Source of the DNA: Rhodanobacteraceae bacterium
Lineage (GTDB): Bacteria; Pseudomonadota; Gammaproteobacteria; Xanthomonadales; SZUA-5
Direction of reading: 5' to 3'
DNA: 64,000 nucleotides
Assembly (NCBI GenBank): GCA_016713135.1
Contig: JADJPR010000022.1
Location: forward strand, 320,861-384,860
Each line of letters opens with the position of its first letter. Position 1 is the first letter of the stretch. The position numbers and the translations under genes were made by a program. The notes beneath the pieces were generated by a model. It worked only from the letters and a program-made list of their open reading frames with translations. It was not told the DNA's origin and searched no databases. Positions 28,347 through 38,375 of the stretch are shown here, one piece after another.

Positions 28347-30323
28347 TCACTCGAAGCCGTTGCGGAACACGTCCTCGGTCTGGCCAAAGTAGAGGCTCCA
28401 GGCGCCGTTGTTGGTCCCTGGGCCGACGTCGCGGCCGGGCTCACCCACGGCGACGTCCGCTGCGGCGTCAGCGTTGAATCGTCCAGTGGCGACACTGGTG
28501 CCGAAGGCGGCATCGGTCTGGTCGCTCTCGAGCTGCAGTGTCGGCGCCGATGGCCATCCGCCCGGCTGGGACAAGTAGATCTTCACCTTGCCGGCAGTCA
28601 GCCCGGAGTTGTTGAGCGCCCTCGGCGCACCGACCACCAGTTCATCGCGGCCATCGCCATTGATGTCCTCCAGCGCAGCCACACTCCGTCCAAAGTCCTC
28701 GGCGACCTGGATTCCCAGCAAGGTCGCATCGACCACGGTGTCGATCGCACCGCTGCCGCCATGCCAGACCTGCACGGCGCCGGTCCCCGCGGCCACACTC
28801 GAATTGAGTGGCGCGCCGGAGATCACGTCGTCGATGCCATCGCCATTGACATCCCCGAGCGCGACCGACGCCCCGCCCGCCGCCCCTGCGCGACCACCGC
28901 GCAGGATCGCGTCCGCGGTCGTGTCCAGCGCCCCGGTGCCGCCGAAGAAGACTGCCGCTGCGCCTTCGTCAATGAAGTTGCTGCCCGATTCATAGCCCGG
29001 CGCACCGACCACCACATCGGCAATTCCGTCGCCATTGACATCTCTTCCGCCCGCCACTGACGCACCGGCATTGACCGAGAGGTCGGGGATCGCCAGCACG
29101 GCGTCGACCGTTGCGTCGAAGGCGCTGCCACCAAAGTAGATGAAGGCGCCGCCCTGGTCCGGCCGTCCACCCGGGTTGTAGCGGGTCACGCCCACCGCCA
29201 GGTCATCGACGCCATCGTTGTTGACATCACCGACCCCGCGCACGGACGCGCCCATGTTTGCGCCACCCTGCGGACTCACGATGGTCGCGTCAGCCACCGG
29301 ATTAAAGGCGCCAGAACCACCAAAATAGACAAAGGCTGCGCCCGAGTTGGTGCCCGCAGTGCCATCGAAGCTGGGAGCGCCGACTACGACATCATCGAAT
29401 CCATCGTCGTTCAGATCGCCGGCCCCACCCACTCCCGCACCAAAGAAGGCGCTCCCCTGGTTCACCGTCAAGAAGGTGGAATTGGTGTAGCTCGGGCCCA
29501 GGTAAACGAAGGCCGCGCCGTTGTCGGTAAGGCCATCGTCCCAGCGGAAGGCGCCGACCACCAGGTCGTCGATGCCGTCGTTGTTGACGTCACCGGCATT
29601 CGCCAGGCGGATGCCAAACTCTGCGCCGCTCTGCGCGCTGCTGCGGACGATGTCCGGGGTCCGCTGCAACAGCGGATCGACCGTCACCGGGTAACGCGCG
29701 CCCCGGTCGTCGACGCGGATGAGCACCTGCTGGGGCGCCTCGACGTGCATGCTCGCCGGGAGGATGCGGCCATTGGCGTCCCATACCTTCAGGTGCCGGT
29801 AGTGAAGCGCATCCTCGCCGCGGCCGAACACAATCGTGTCCGCTGCCAACAGCTGCGCCGGGCGGTCGCTCGTCAGATGGAACTCGAGGGCGCCATCGCC
29901 CGGTGGCGGCACCGACAGGTCGAAGCCGTGTTCGAGGCCGTCCGGGCGATTGACGTACCACTCGGTCAGGGCGCGGCTACGACGCTCGACGCGCTCGCCG
30001 ACCGCGACCAGCACGCCCTCCGCGTTTGGCTGCAACCTTCCCGGCCGCCCGTAATGCATCAGGCTCAATCGCAGCAATGGACGCGCCTCGCGGGTGCGCT
30101 CGACCAGTTCGATCCCGTTACCGCCGAACCAGGTGCGGAAACCCTGGGCGCGGTTGGGCGCCTGCAGTCCTTCGGGCTGCTGCGATGCATGGTATTCACG
30201 CGCAGCCATGGATGGGATCAGGTGTTCTGGCAAGCTCGCTGCGGCCGCTGGCGCAGAGCCCGGCAGGAAACCGAGGCACCACAGGCAAAGGGCGCCCCGG
30301 CGCATCAGGGATAAGGCAGTCAT
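28347..30323 (-). CDS. secreted FG-GAP (integrin-alpha-like) repeat protein
   Basis: Repeated FG...GDVNNDGIDDLVVGA units occur at least six times (GDLNDDGFDDVVVGAP, GDVNGDGIDDVISGAP and others). A signal peptide follows MTALSLMRRGALCLWCLG. Alternative starts lie at 30305 and 30371. Confidence 0.8.
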   Translation of the reverse strand: MTALSLMRRGALCLWCLGFLPGSAPAAAASLPEHLIPSMAAREYHASQQPEGLQAPNRAQGFRTWFGGNGIELVERTREARPLLRLSLMHYGRPGRLQPNAEGVLVAVGERVERRSRALTEWYVNRPDGLEHGFDLSVPPPGDGALEFHLTSDRPAQLLAADTIVFGRGEDALHYRHLKVWDANGRILPASMHVEAPQQVLIRVDDRGARYPVTVDPLLQRTPDIVRSSAQSGAEFGIRLANAGDVNNDGIDDLVVGAFRWDDGLTDNGAAFVYLGPSYTNSTFLTVNQGSAFFGAGVGGAGDLNDDGFDDVVVGAPSFDGTAGTNSGAAFVYFGGSGAFNPVADATIVSPQGGANMGASVRGVGDVNNDGVDDLAVGVTRYNPGGRPDQGGAFIYFGGSAFDATVDAVLAIPDLSVNAGASVAGGRDVNGDGIADVVVGAPGYESGSNFIDEGAAAVFFGGTGALDTTADAILRGGRAGAAGGASVALGDVNGDGIDDVISGAPLNSSVAAGTGAVQVWHGGSGAIDTVVDATLLGIQVAEDFGRSVAALEDINGDGRDELVVGAPRALNNSGLTAGKVKIYLSQPGGWPSAPTLQLESDQTDAAFGTSVATGRFNADAAADVAVGEPGRDVGPGTNNGAWSLYFGQTEDVFRNGFE

Positions 30324-30438
30324 CGTTGATCTCGACGGTGGTGGGAGGCGTCGCCGACCGGCGACTGCCACAGTGTCCGATCACCGCTTCAGGCTGTCGT
30401 CCCATAGATGGGAGATGGCGGGTGCTGTGCGCGCGACG

Positions 30439-32388
30439 TCAGGCGCTGACCGTCGTCCCGATGCCAGCCACCGGCTCCAGCGGCAGATCCAGGCGAACCC
30501 GGGTACCGGAGGATGTCGACTCGATGGCGAGTTGCGCTCCGATCTCTCGGGCGCGCGCTCGCATGCTGGCGAGCCCGCGTCCCATGGGCGCGTCTGCGGC
30601 GATGCCGGCACCGTCGTCGGCCACCGTCAACTGCACCCCACGATCCGTGCTGCGCGCCGCGATCTGCAGGCGGCGCGGACGCGCGTGCCGGCAGGCATTG
30701 CTCACCGCCTCCTGCAGGACGCGCAGCAAATGCAGGCTCACGCGCGTGCCCAGCACGGGGTCGGCCGGGCCGAGGGCAACCTCGAACGTGAGTTCGATGC
30801 CAGCGCCCTGCAACTGCTCGCGCAGTCGGCGCTCGAAGCCCATCAGCGCATCCGAGAGCGTTGTCTCCGGCGCATCCAGGGCGTCGACCATCAAGCGCAA
30901 ATCGGCGAGGCTGGCAGACACCTGCTCCTCGACGCGCCCCAGCGTCGGCTGGCCATGCCGCAACTGCATCTGCAGCCCGAGCAGGTTGCCGCCCACCCCA
31001 TCGTGCATGTCGCGCACGATACGCTGGCGCTCCTCCAGTGCCGCATGCCGGGCAAGCAGTTGTTTCTCGCGCTCATGGACCACCGCGAGTTCCGCCTCGC
31101 GTTGCCCCAGCCGCTGGGCCAGCACTGCGTTCGCATTCGTGACCACCCGCCGAGCGGCGGTGGCTTCGCGCGCGAGGGCTGCGACCATGCCCAGCCCCAG
31201 CAGCAGCCCGCTCAGCGGCGCGGCATAGAAGGTCAGCGGAATCTGGGGCATCCACGGCACGTGCAGCTTGAGGGTGGCGTCAGCACTGTCGACCAGCAAT
31301 GCGGTCAGGCAAACCATCAGCATGCTGCGTTCCAGCCAGTGACGCCCGCCTTCACGACCCACAGCGATCGCCAGCAATGCGGTGCCACCGATGCAGAACA
31401 CCGCAGTGACCAGCAGGCTCAGCATCGGGAAGCTGCCCAGCCAGCGGCGCGGATCGCCGAGGCCGCTGACCACCACCAGCCATGCCAGCACCATGCCGGC
31501 CTGCACCACTGCCCAGGTCCATGGCACCGCGCGGCGCAGGCCACGTGGAGCCAGGGTCTGGTGCGCAATGTAGTAGGCCGCGGCGATGGCCAGCGCGTTG
31601 GCGAGCGAGTAGTACGCAAGAATGGTGGCCTCGCGCGACATCGCAAACGGCGGCGAGAACGCCACCGCGTAGCTGCCGAGCGCCCAAACCAGCAGCAACA
31701 CAATCAGCGCGCGCACCCGTGGGCGGTCTTCCGCCGGCCAGTTGACCGCAAGGCACAGCAGCGCCGTGAACAGCAGGATTCCCACCGCCACCAGCGGCAA
31801 GTCCACGTTGAACAGCTTGCCGTAGCCAAAGGCGCGGGCCACGGTTTCCGCTGGCCCGATCTGGAACTCGGGAAACACATGCGCATACCCCTCGCTGGCG
31901 ACCAGCACGCTGACCTGGTTCTCGCCCACGCGCAGCCCGGCGGCGGGCAGCATGTAGAACACCGGTTCCCATCCGGCGCCCCCACTGAAGCTGTCGAGCG
32001 GCACATTCGGCTTGACCACCTCGTCGTTGAGGCGGATCTCCTGGATCGAGCGCCGCGCGCCGAGGTAGAGCGCCAGATCGCCGGAAACCTCGTCGACCGC
32101 AAACGGGATCTCGAAACGCACTTTCGACGGCGCGCCCTCGAGCATCGCCTTGTAGTTGGGATCCGGCTCATACGCAGCGCGCAGGCGCGGTGCGTCTGGC
32201 GCAATCTGGCCGGCATCGTCCAGGGCGATGTACTCGACGAAGGGCCGCGCTTCCATCGTCGATGGCCGTGCCGCGGTTTCGGCCGTGCCGATCGCCACCC
32301 AGAACACCAGTTGCGCCGCGAGCAAGGCCGCCAGTCCCCACAACAGGGCGATTCCGGTCGCCGCCCCGCTCCGCCGCATGGTGCTCAC
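30439..32388 (-). CDS. 7TMR-DISM-type sensor histidine kinase (HisKA_3 / NarX-like core)
   Basis: An N-terminal periplasmic domain is followed by about seven transmembrane helices. Contains an H-box (IVRDMHDGVGGNLLGL) and an HATPase_c region (LLRVLQEAVSNACRHA...DDGAGI). It overlaps the regulator gene by 4 nt. Confidence 0.85.
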   Translation of the reverse strand: MSTMRRSGAATGIALLWGLAALLAAQLVFWVAIGTAETAARPSTMEARPFVEYIALDDAGQIAPDAPRLRAAYEPDPNYKAMLEGAPSKVRFEIPFAVDEVSGDLALYLGARRSIQEIRLNDEVVKPNVPLDSFSGGAGWEPVFYMLPAAGLRVGENQVSVLVASEGYAHVFPEFQIGPAETVARAFGYGKLFNVDLPLVAVGILLFTALLCLAVNWPAEDRPRVRALIVLLLVWALGSYAVAFSPPFAMSREATILAYYSLANALAIAAAYYIAHQTLAPRGLRRAVPWTWAVVQAGMVLAWLVVVSGLGDPRRWLGSFPMLSLLVTAVFCIGGTALLAIAVGREGGRHWLERSMLMVCLTALLVDSADATLKLHVPWMPQIPLTFYAAPLSGLLLGLGMVAALAREATAARRVVTNANAVLAQRLGQREAELAVVHEREKQLLARHAALEERQRIVRDMHDGVGGNLLGLQMQLRHGQPTLGRVEEQVSASLADLRLMVDALDAPETTLSDALMGFERRLREQLQGAGIELTFEVALGPADPVLGTRVSLHLLRVLQEAVSNACRHARPRRLQIAARSTDRGVQLTVADDGAGIAADAPMGRGLASMRARAREIGAQLAIESTSSGTRVRLDLPLEPVAGIGTTVSA

Positions 32389-33062
32389 GGGCTACGCAAT
32401 GTGATCAAGACCTCTTGCACGGCGTTGAACACCGCTTCGGAGCGCGACCCCGCCGCCAGCTTCGGGTAAAGGTTCTTGACGTGGTGCGCCACCGTCCCGC
32501 GCGAGATCCCCAAGCGCAGCGCCACCTCACGGTAAGACAGGCCACGCGCCAGAGCCTCCAGGACCTCCTGCTCGCGCGCAGTCAACGCCATCAGTCGGTG
32601 CACGCTGCGGGCCGGCGCTGCCGGACCACTGGCGCGGCTCTCGTCGGCGCGCAGGCGGCGGAGCAGGAAGCCAGCCACCGCGGGAGAGATCGGTGAGGCG
32701 CCAGCGGCCGCGTCCCGCACGGCATCCAGAAGTACCTCAGTCGATGCCGTCTTCAGCACATAGCCGTCCACACCCGCGGCGATCGCCTCCACCACGCTGG
32801 TCTCGTCCCCGAAGACTGTGAAGGCGACGATTGCAGGCGCCGGCACGCGCTCGCGCAACGCCGACACAAGGCTTGTGCCACGACCATCCGGCAGGCCGAG
32901 GTCCAGCAGCACCACATCGGCCGGCACCGTCAGGCTGGCGCGCGCCTGGCTGACACTGTTGGCGGTCCAGACCACGCTCACGCCCTCCGCCTGGCGCAGG
33001 CCATGGGCGACCGCATCGAGCACGGCCGGCTGGTCCTCGATGATCGCAACACGCAGCGTCAT
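32385..33062 (-). CDS. LuxR/NarL-family response regulator
   Basis: The start MTLRVAIIEDQP was chosen. Receiver domain: DVVLLDLGLPDG. C-terminal HTH: LTAREQEVLEALARGLSYREVALRLGISRGTVAHHVKNLY. Confidence 0.9.
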   Translation of the reverse strand: MTLRVAIIEDQPAVLDAVAHGLRQAEGVSVVWTANSVSQARASLTVPADVVLLDLGLPDGRGTSLVSALRERVPAPAIVAFTVFGDETSVVEAIAAGVDGYVLKTASTEVLLDAVRDAAAGASPISPAVAGFLLRRLRADESRASGPAAPARSVHRLMALTAREQEVLEALARGLSYREVALRLGISRGTVAHHVKNLYPKLAAGSRSEAVFNAVQEVLITLRSP

Positions 33063-33403
33063 GCCGGCCGTGCGCGGCGATCGGCAGATGCATCGGACAT
33101 GCTTGCTCGCATCCCGCCCCCGCTTGATGTCAACCCGTCCTTGATACGAGCTCCGGCATCCGCGCGCATATCCCGGATGTGGGATGCCCGAACTGCCGCC
33201 ACCCGGCCGGTGTGAGCATCGCACGCGCCTGCGGCTGGTCCAACCGCGGCAGGAGCTCGCAAGCCGATTGTGCTGGTTCTCTGGCCCAGGAACTGCCAAC
33301 AAGAATCCGACCGACGCCGGGTGCTTCTCCAGGGCTCTGGACCGGGGGCCTGTCGATGCTCTGCCGAAGGCCAAGCAGAAACGGGGCTTCGCGGATCTTG
33401 CCG

Positions 33404-36097
33404 TCAACCCTCATGTACCTGCAGCGCGGCCCAGTACCAGGGATGCTCGAGCCCGGCGGATGTTGCCGCCGGCGCCACGCCACCCACCCCACGTACGGTG
33501 TCGTCGCTGCCGGCATCTGCCGGATGCAGCATCTGCAGCATGGCGCTGCGCAGCGCATCTGCGGGGTCGCCGGCGTCCGCACGCGCAGCGTAGAAGCGTG
33601 CAACCAGGTCGGCCGTCGCCGCATCATGCGTCGGCCACAGGCTGGCAACGACGCTGCGCGCGCCGGCGCCGCGGAAGGCGCGCACGAAGCCGACCACGCC
33701 CTCGCCGTCGAAGTTGCCACCCAGCGCGGTCTCACAGCCAGACAGGACCACCAGGTCCGCGCGCAGGTGCAACTGCTCCTGCACCTCCCAGACTTGCAGC
33801 CAACCGTTCTCCGCGCCACCAGGCGTGAGCAGCAGCGCCGAATCGAGCGGGTTGGCGGGGTCCGTCAGCGAGTGAACGGCCAGGTGCAACAGGGCAGCCT
33901 GGGGGGCCGCAGCCTTCAGTTGCGCCTCGCTGGCATCGGCGCCCACCAGCGCTTGCATGCGCGCATCGCGACGCGCCAACGCCTGGACCTCGCGTCGCGC
34001 GCCGGGGAGTGGCGCCAGCAGCGTGGCGCCGGTGCGGGTCCATGCCAGCGTCGGGGCGTTGCCGAGGTCCCCCAGGGCGGCATCCCCGAGAGCCAGCCAG
34101 GCGCCGCCCGCGTCCGCGCGCGTCGCCGGGTCGCCCAGGCCATCGCGCAGGCGTACGCTCGCGCGTTGCACCAGGTATTCGCCTTGTCGCGCGTCCCATA
34201 GCGCGGCGAAGGGCAATTCGTGCAGCACGTCGTCGGCGACGATCGCGATGCGCGGATATCGATCGATGCGCGCACCGAGCGGCGCGAGCAGTTGCCGGTA
34301 CAGCGCATCGCCCTGGGCATGAATTGCGGCGAGGTCGCGCATGTCCCGGCGGGCGATCAGGGCGCGCCAGTCGCGCACCGCCTGACGCAACTGCGCGCGA
34401 TCCAGCGGCAACGGCAAGGCTTCGGTCGGCAGGCCGCTGCGCAACAGGAAGACCACGCTGCGGTGCTCGCCGAGGGCGTACACCAGAAGGGCTTCACCGG
34501 CATCGCCCGGGGCGAGTGCCACGCCGGCATCGCCTTGGGCCTGCCCGGCGTGTGCCATCCGTTCGGCGCGCTCGCGCCGCAACTCCTCCACGCGCGCCAG
34601 CGCGGCCGCCCGCTCCTTCGCGTCGCCGGCATTGTTGAGGGCCTGCCAGGCGCGTTCATAGGCGAGCGACAGCTGCCGGGCGGCCGGATCGGTGGCGACG
34701 CGCGCGCGCAGTTCGCGCCCTTGGCGCCACGCAATCCGGTGGGCACGCTGCAACACTTCCAGGGCCGCCGCCGGGCCACGCGCATCGAGGGTGGCCAGCA
34801 TGCAGTCGCGATAGACATCGACGAAGCGCGCGCGGAAGCGCATCTGCGCGTAGTCGTCGGCGCCGAGGGAGAAACTGGCGCTGTCGAGCACGTCTGCGGC
34901 GGCGCACCAGGCCCGCCGCGCCGCACGCGGACGACCCGCAGCGGCCTCGATGCGCCCGCTGCGATGGAGTGCTTCGGCGTGTTCGACACTGTCCGGAGAG
35001 ATCTTTCGCCAGCTTGCCAGCGACTCGCCCACCGCCGAGCGCGCCGCCGCATGACGCCCGAGCGCAGACAAGGCGCTCGCGCGCGCCGCTGCGGTGCGCG
35101 CCACATCCAGCGCCCGTTGCGCGCGCTTGAAGCCAGCCTCTGCCCGCTGCAGCAGTTCCAGGGCCTTCGCGGGATTTGTCTCTGCCAGCGCCCGGCCATG
35201 ATGCAGATCAGCCTGCGCACGGCATTCGCAATCCGGCTCGGTGTGCGCCGCGGCCGCGCTGGCACGTGCAAAACCAGCCAGGGCAGCCCCACGATCGCCG
35301 CGCTGGAGGTCGAGTTCGGCCTGGTCGATCAGGGTATGGACGCGTCGGGGGCCCAGCGCCGGCGCGTCCGCCAATGCATCGAGCGAGCGAGTCAGCCACT
35401 GCGCGGCCGCATCGTAGTCGCCGCGCAGGCGCTCCAGGTTGGCGACGTTCGCAGCGACCGCCGCGTACTCGCTGCCGCGCACCTGCTTCTGCGCACGGTA
35501 TTCGCTCTCCGCAGCGAGCAGGCTGGCGTAGGCTTCCGCCAGCCGCCCAGACTCCTTCAGCAGCAGTCCGAGGTTGTGCTGCAACTGGGCACGCACACTG
35601 CGCTCGGGCGCGCTGTCGCCGAGCAGGCCCAGACCATGGCGGAACCGCGCCTCGGCCTCGCCGGCCCGCCCGGCCTCGGCCAACTGGGTGCCGAGCACAT
35701 TGGCTGCCGCGGCGCGGTAGTAACCCGCCGATTGCAGACTCTCCAACAGGCCGGCGGCCTCCTCGGCGACCGCCAGCGCCCGCGCATGATCCCCTGCGCT
35801 GCTGGCGTAGCCGGCGAGCTTGAGCCCGGCGAGCGCAGCATTCAACGAACCTGGCATCAAGGCCTGCCAGGTGCGGTACAACTCTTCCTGCAGCGCCAGC
35901 GCGCGTTCCGGCTGATCCAGCTTGCTGTGCATCTGCGCCGTCGCATCCAGTGCCACCGCCGCCTCCAGGCAATCCGCGCACAGCGCCGCGAACGCGCTGC
36001 GGGCGCGCTCCAGCTGCGCCAGGCCCAGCGCGAATTCGCTACGTTGGCCGTGCGCCCAGGCCAGGCGCACCAGTAGTTGCGCGTCCCAGGCGTGCAA
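33404..36097 (-). CDS. TPR-repeat CHAT-domain (caspase-like) protease
   Basis: A long TPR-like N-terminal region. The C-terminal CHAT domain carries His (LLHLAVHSL) and Cys (LVVLSGCETALG) dyad motifs. The track start is a TTG, and the reading frame stays open upstream of it. Confidence 0.8.
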   Translation of the reverse strand: MHAWDAQLLVRLAWAHGQRSEFALGLAQLERARSAFAALCADCLEAAVALDATAQMHSKLDQPERALALQEELYRTWQALMPGSLNAALAGLKLAGYASSAGDHARALAVAEEAAGLLESLQSAGYYRAAAANVLGTQLAEAGRAGEAEARFRHGLGLLGDSAPERSVRAQLQHNLGLLLKESGRLAEAYASLLAAESEYRAQKQVRGSEYAAVAANVANLERLRGDYDAAAQWLTRSLDALADAPALGPRRVHTLIDQAELDLQRGDRGAALAGFARASAAAAHTEPDCECRAQADLHHGRALAETNPAKALELLQRAEAGFKRAQRALDVARTAAARASALSALGRHAAARSAVGESLASWRKISPDSVEHAEALHRSGRIEAAAGRPRAARRAWCAAADVLDSASFSLGADDYAQMRFRARFVDVYRDCMLATLDARGPAAALEVLQRAHRIAWRQGRELRARVATDPAARQLSLAYERAWQALNNAGDAKERAAALARVEELRRERAERMAHAGQAQGDAGVALAPGDAGEALLVYALGEHRSVVFLLRSGLPTEALPLPLDRAQLRQAVRDWRALIARRDMRDLAAIHAQGDALYRQLLAPLGARIDRYPRIAIVADDVLHELPFAALWDARQGEYLVQRASVRLRDGLGDPATRADAGGAWLALGDAALGDLGNAPTLAWTRTGATLLAPLPGARREVQALARRDARMQALVGADASEAQLKAAAPQAALLHLAVHSLTDPANPLDSALLLTPGGAENGWLQVWEVQEQLHLRADLVVLSGCETALGGNFDGEGVVGFVRAFRGAGARSVVASLWPTHDAATADLVARFYAARADAGDPADALRSAMLQMLHPADAGSDDTVRGVGGVAPAATSAGLEHPWYWAALQVHEG

Positions 36098-36110
36098 CCG
36101 CCCGCCGGAT

Positions 36111-36800
36111 TCAGCGCGCGGCCAGCGACGCCAGCGATGCCACGATGCGGTCGAGTTCGCGCCGTTCCATCCAGACGCGCACGCGCGCCTCCTCGCCGGC
36201 CGCGCCCAACACCGGATCCACCGTCACCCTGTCGAGCATCGCGAGCCGTGCCAGCACCTCGTCGCCCGCACCACGCGCCATCAGCGCCGCTCGCGCGGCG
36301 TATATGGCCGTGAACGCCCGCCATTCGGCCAGCGCGGGCGTCTGCGAGACCAGCGCCCATGCTTCCGCCCATGCCTTGCGACCGGACTCCGATTGCGGCA
36401 GTTCGCGGGTCGCACGCAGTGCCAGCAACGCGGTGTCGAGGTCCGCGAGTGGGCCGCGGGCCTCCGGCGCGGGCCGCAACTGGAGCTCGACGCTCATTGG
36501 CGTCCACGCGATCCAGCGGCGCTTTCCTTCGCGCTCGACCTCCAGCTCGGCCGGTGCGAGCGGCAATACTTGCCACTGGAAGCGCACCACCGCGGCGATG
36601 CTGTCGAAGGCGAACTCGCCACCCGGTCCCCGGGCGCGCAGCAGGCGGTCGCCCGCCTGGACGTCCGGCGCTGATGCCGAGGCCATGCGCGTGACGGCCT
36701 CCACCACCGGCTGGGCGTTCGCCGCCATGCCGAGCAGCCCCAACCAGGCTGCAAGCAACCAGGCCACCGCCGCGCCCACCTGCCCCGTCGCCATCCTCAT
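36111..36800 (-). CDS. signal-peptide protein, possibly the detached N-terminal part of the TPR-CHAT protein
   Basis: Signal peptide: MRMATGQVGAAVAWLLAAWLGLLGMAANA. A PDZ-like stretch reads DVQAGDRLLRARG. Its stop lies 13 nt upstream of the CHAT ORF start, in a different frame. Confidence 0.55.
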   Translation of the reverse strand: MRMATGQVGAAVAWLLAAWLGLLGMAANAQPVVEAVTRMASASAPDVQAGDRLLRARGPGGEFAFDSIAAVVRFQWQVLPLAPAELEVEREGKRRWIAWTPMSVELQLRPAPEARGPLADLDTALLALRATRELPQSESGRKAWAEAWALVSQTPALAEWRAFTAIYAARAALMARGAGDEVLARLAMLDRVTVDPVLGAAGEEARVRVWMERRELDRIVASLASLAAR

Positions 36801-37015
36801 GTCGAGTCCCCGCCGCGCGCCGCTTTCTGCCCGCAGTCACAAACGCATCATCGCGCCGACTCGCACGCCAGCGGATCTACCCCAACGCTGTACAGAAAAA
36901 CCCAGGACCCGGGGCCAACGCGATCCGTATTCCGGCGGTGCACTGTCCCCTGCCATTGGTTGGTTGAAGAAATTTCCGATGCATTTTGGCCCGAGGCTAG
37001 GCGAGAGGAGGGTGA

Positions 37016-37076
37016 AAGCCGACGGCTTGCGCGGCATGCCGCGCGCCGGCTTGAACGCCCGCAACTGGTTGCGGGC
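37016..37076. repeat. Cluster of three adjacent palindromes/hairpins in a divergent intergenic region
   Basis: aagccgacggctt (37016-37028). gcgcggcatgccgcgc (37029-37044), a 16-bp perfect palindrome also found at 42622-42637. gcccgcaactggttgcgggc (37057-37076). Confidence 0.4.
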
Positions 37077-37332
37077 GGGAACCGGCATAGCAGGCCGATG
37101 GCGACGACGAACAACGACGCATTCGGGGCAAAAGGTGCGGAAAGAATTCATCGAATTGATGGCAATGGACACCAGAAGGACGCAGCCCCTTCCTCTGGCT
37201 TTCCCGGCGCGGATCTGAAGGCGCTGCCGGGTTGGCATTGGCTATGATCGCGAGTCGAAAAAGGTCAGCAGCCATCGATTGACCCTTTCAGCCAAGTTGA
37301 CCGCGGTGATTCCACTGAGCAAGGAGAAGGAC

Positions 37333-37809
37333 ATGAAGCATGCATTCTGGCTCGCCGTCATGCTGTGCCTGGGTAGTCAGGCCATGGCTGCCGAGCAGCC
37401 ATCAGCCGAACAGCCGACCTTTCTCGACCTGGTCGCGGCCCAGAAGGCACTGCGCAAGGAGATTGCGGCCGGCAAGCAGACCTTTTCGCCAGACCAGCGC
37501 GAGAGCTTGTACAAGGCGCAGGACACGCTTTTCGCGCTTGCCGACGAGAACCCGACCGATGCCGACCTCAGCGAGGACGAATGGGTCAAGGCATTCAACG
37601 CACAGGAACAGATCCACCAGATTCTCACCGAAGCTGCCGCCGACGAGCGCGTGGTGTGCCGGCGTGAGAAACCAACCGGCTCCAATCGCAAGCAGTCAAT
37701 CTGCCGCACCGTGTCCGAATGGCGTGGCCTGCAGGCCAACCAGGCCGACCTGGTGCGCATGAGTCGCGAGGGCTCGACCGGGCCCCGGGCAAGCACAGGC
37801 GCCCAATAA
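37333..37809 (+). CDS. hypothetical exported protein
   Basis: AAGGAGAAGG ribosome-binding site. Signal peptide: MKHAFWLAVMLCLGSQAMA. No family was recognised. Confidence 0.55.
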   Translation: MKHAFWLAVMLCLGSQAMAAEQPSAEQPTFLDLVAAQKALRKEIAAGKQTFSPDQRESLYKAQDTLFALADENPTDADLSEDEWVKAFNAQEQIHQILTEAAADERVVCRREKPTGSNRKQSICRTVSEWRGLQANQADLVRMSREGSTGPRASTGAQ

Positions 37810-37867
37810 ATCGGCGACATTCCGGCGAAAGTCATTCAAGAACTTGGCAGGACAGCACGCAGGTCCC

Positions 37868-38296
37868 TCAGCCACCCGCCTCGCGCACCGGCAGCCTCAC
37901 CACCTGAGCGTGCTCGCCGCACAGGGTCAGGGTCAGTTCGATCTCGTCACTGACGGCGAACGCACCCTTGGGCTGAATCAGCATCAGGTGCCGGCCGCCG
38001 GGTGCCAATTCGGCCTTGTCGCCCGGGGCAATCTCGATCTGCTCCAGCTTGCGCATGCGCATGACGCCGTTCTCATGGGTCATGTCGTGCATCTCGACGC
38101 GCTCGAAGGATGGCGAACTGGCGGCGGTGACGGTGACCGCCTGATCGCCGTCGTTGGCCAGTGTCAGGTAACCGGCCATGACGGTGGCGGTAGGCGGCGC
38201 CGCGCGCGCCCAGGCGGCGCTGACCGTCAGATCGCCACAGGCATGGGCCTGGGTGACGGCCAGTCCGAGCAACAACGAAGCAACAAGGGTCTTCAT
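37868..38296 (-). CDS. periplasmic copper chaperone PCu(A)C (DUF461)
   Basis: A signal peptide is followed by AWARAAPPTATVMAGYLTL...VEMHDMTHENGVMRMR (H(M)x10Mx21HxM-type Cu(I) motif). Confidence 0.8.
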   Translation of the reverse strand: MKTLVASLLLGLAVTQAHACGDLTVSAAWARAAPPTATVMAGYLTLANDGDQAVTVTAASSPSFERVEMHDMTHENGVMRMRKLEQIEIAPGDKAELAPGGRHLMLIQPKGAFAVSDEIELTLTLCGEHAQVVRLPVREAGG

Positions 38297-38375
38297 CTTT
38301 CCGGTCCTTGAGTCGGGATTCCTGGGGGCAATGCTATGTTGTGGCAACTGAACTCAAGTCCGCAGGGGCCATCAC

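Noticed and set aside
36111-36800. The 229-aa protein next to the CHAT protease as a bacterial gasdermin
   Set aside because: The size and the protease neighbour were suggestive. However, it has a cleavable Sec-type signal peptide, and its helical, TPR-leading C-terminus reads continuously into the CHAT protein. It shows no gasdermin-like features that I can recognise.
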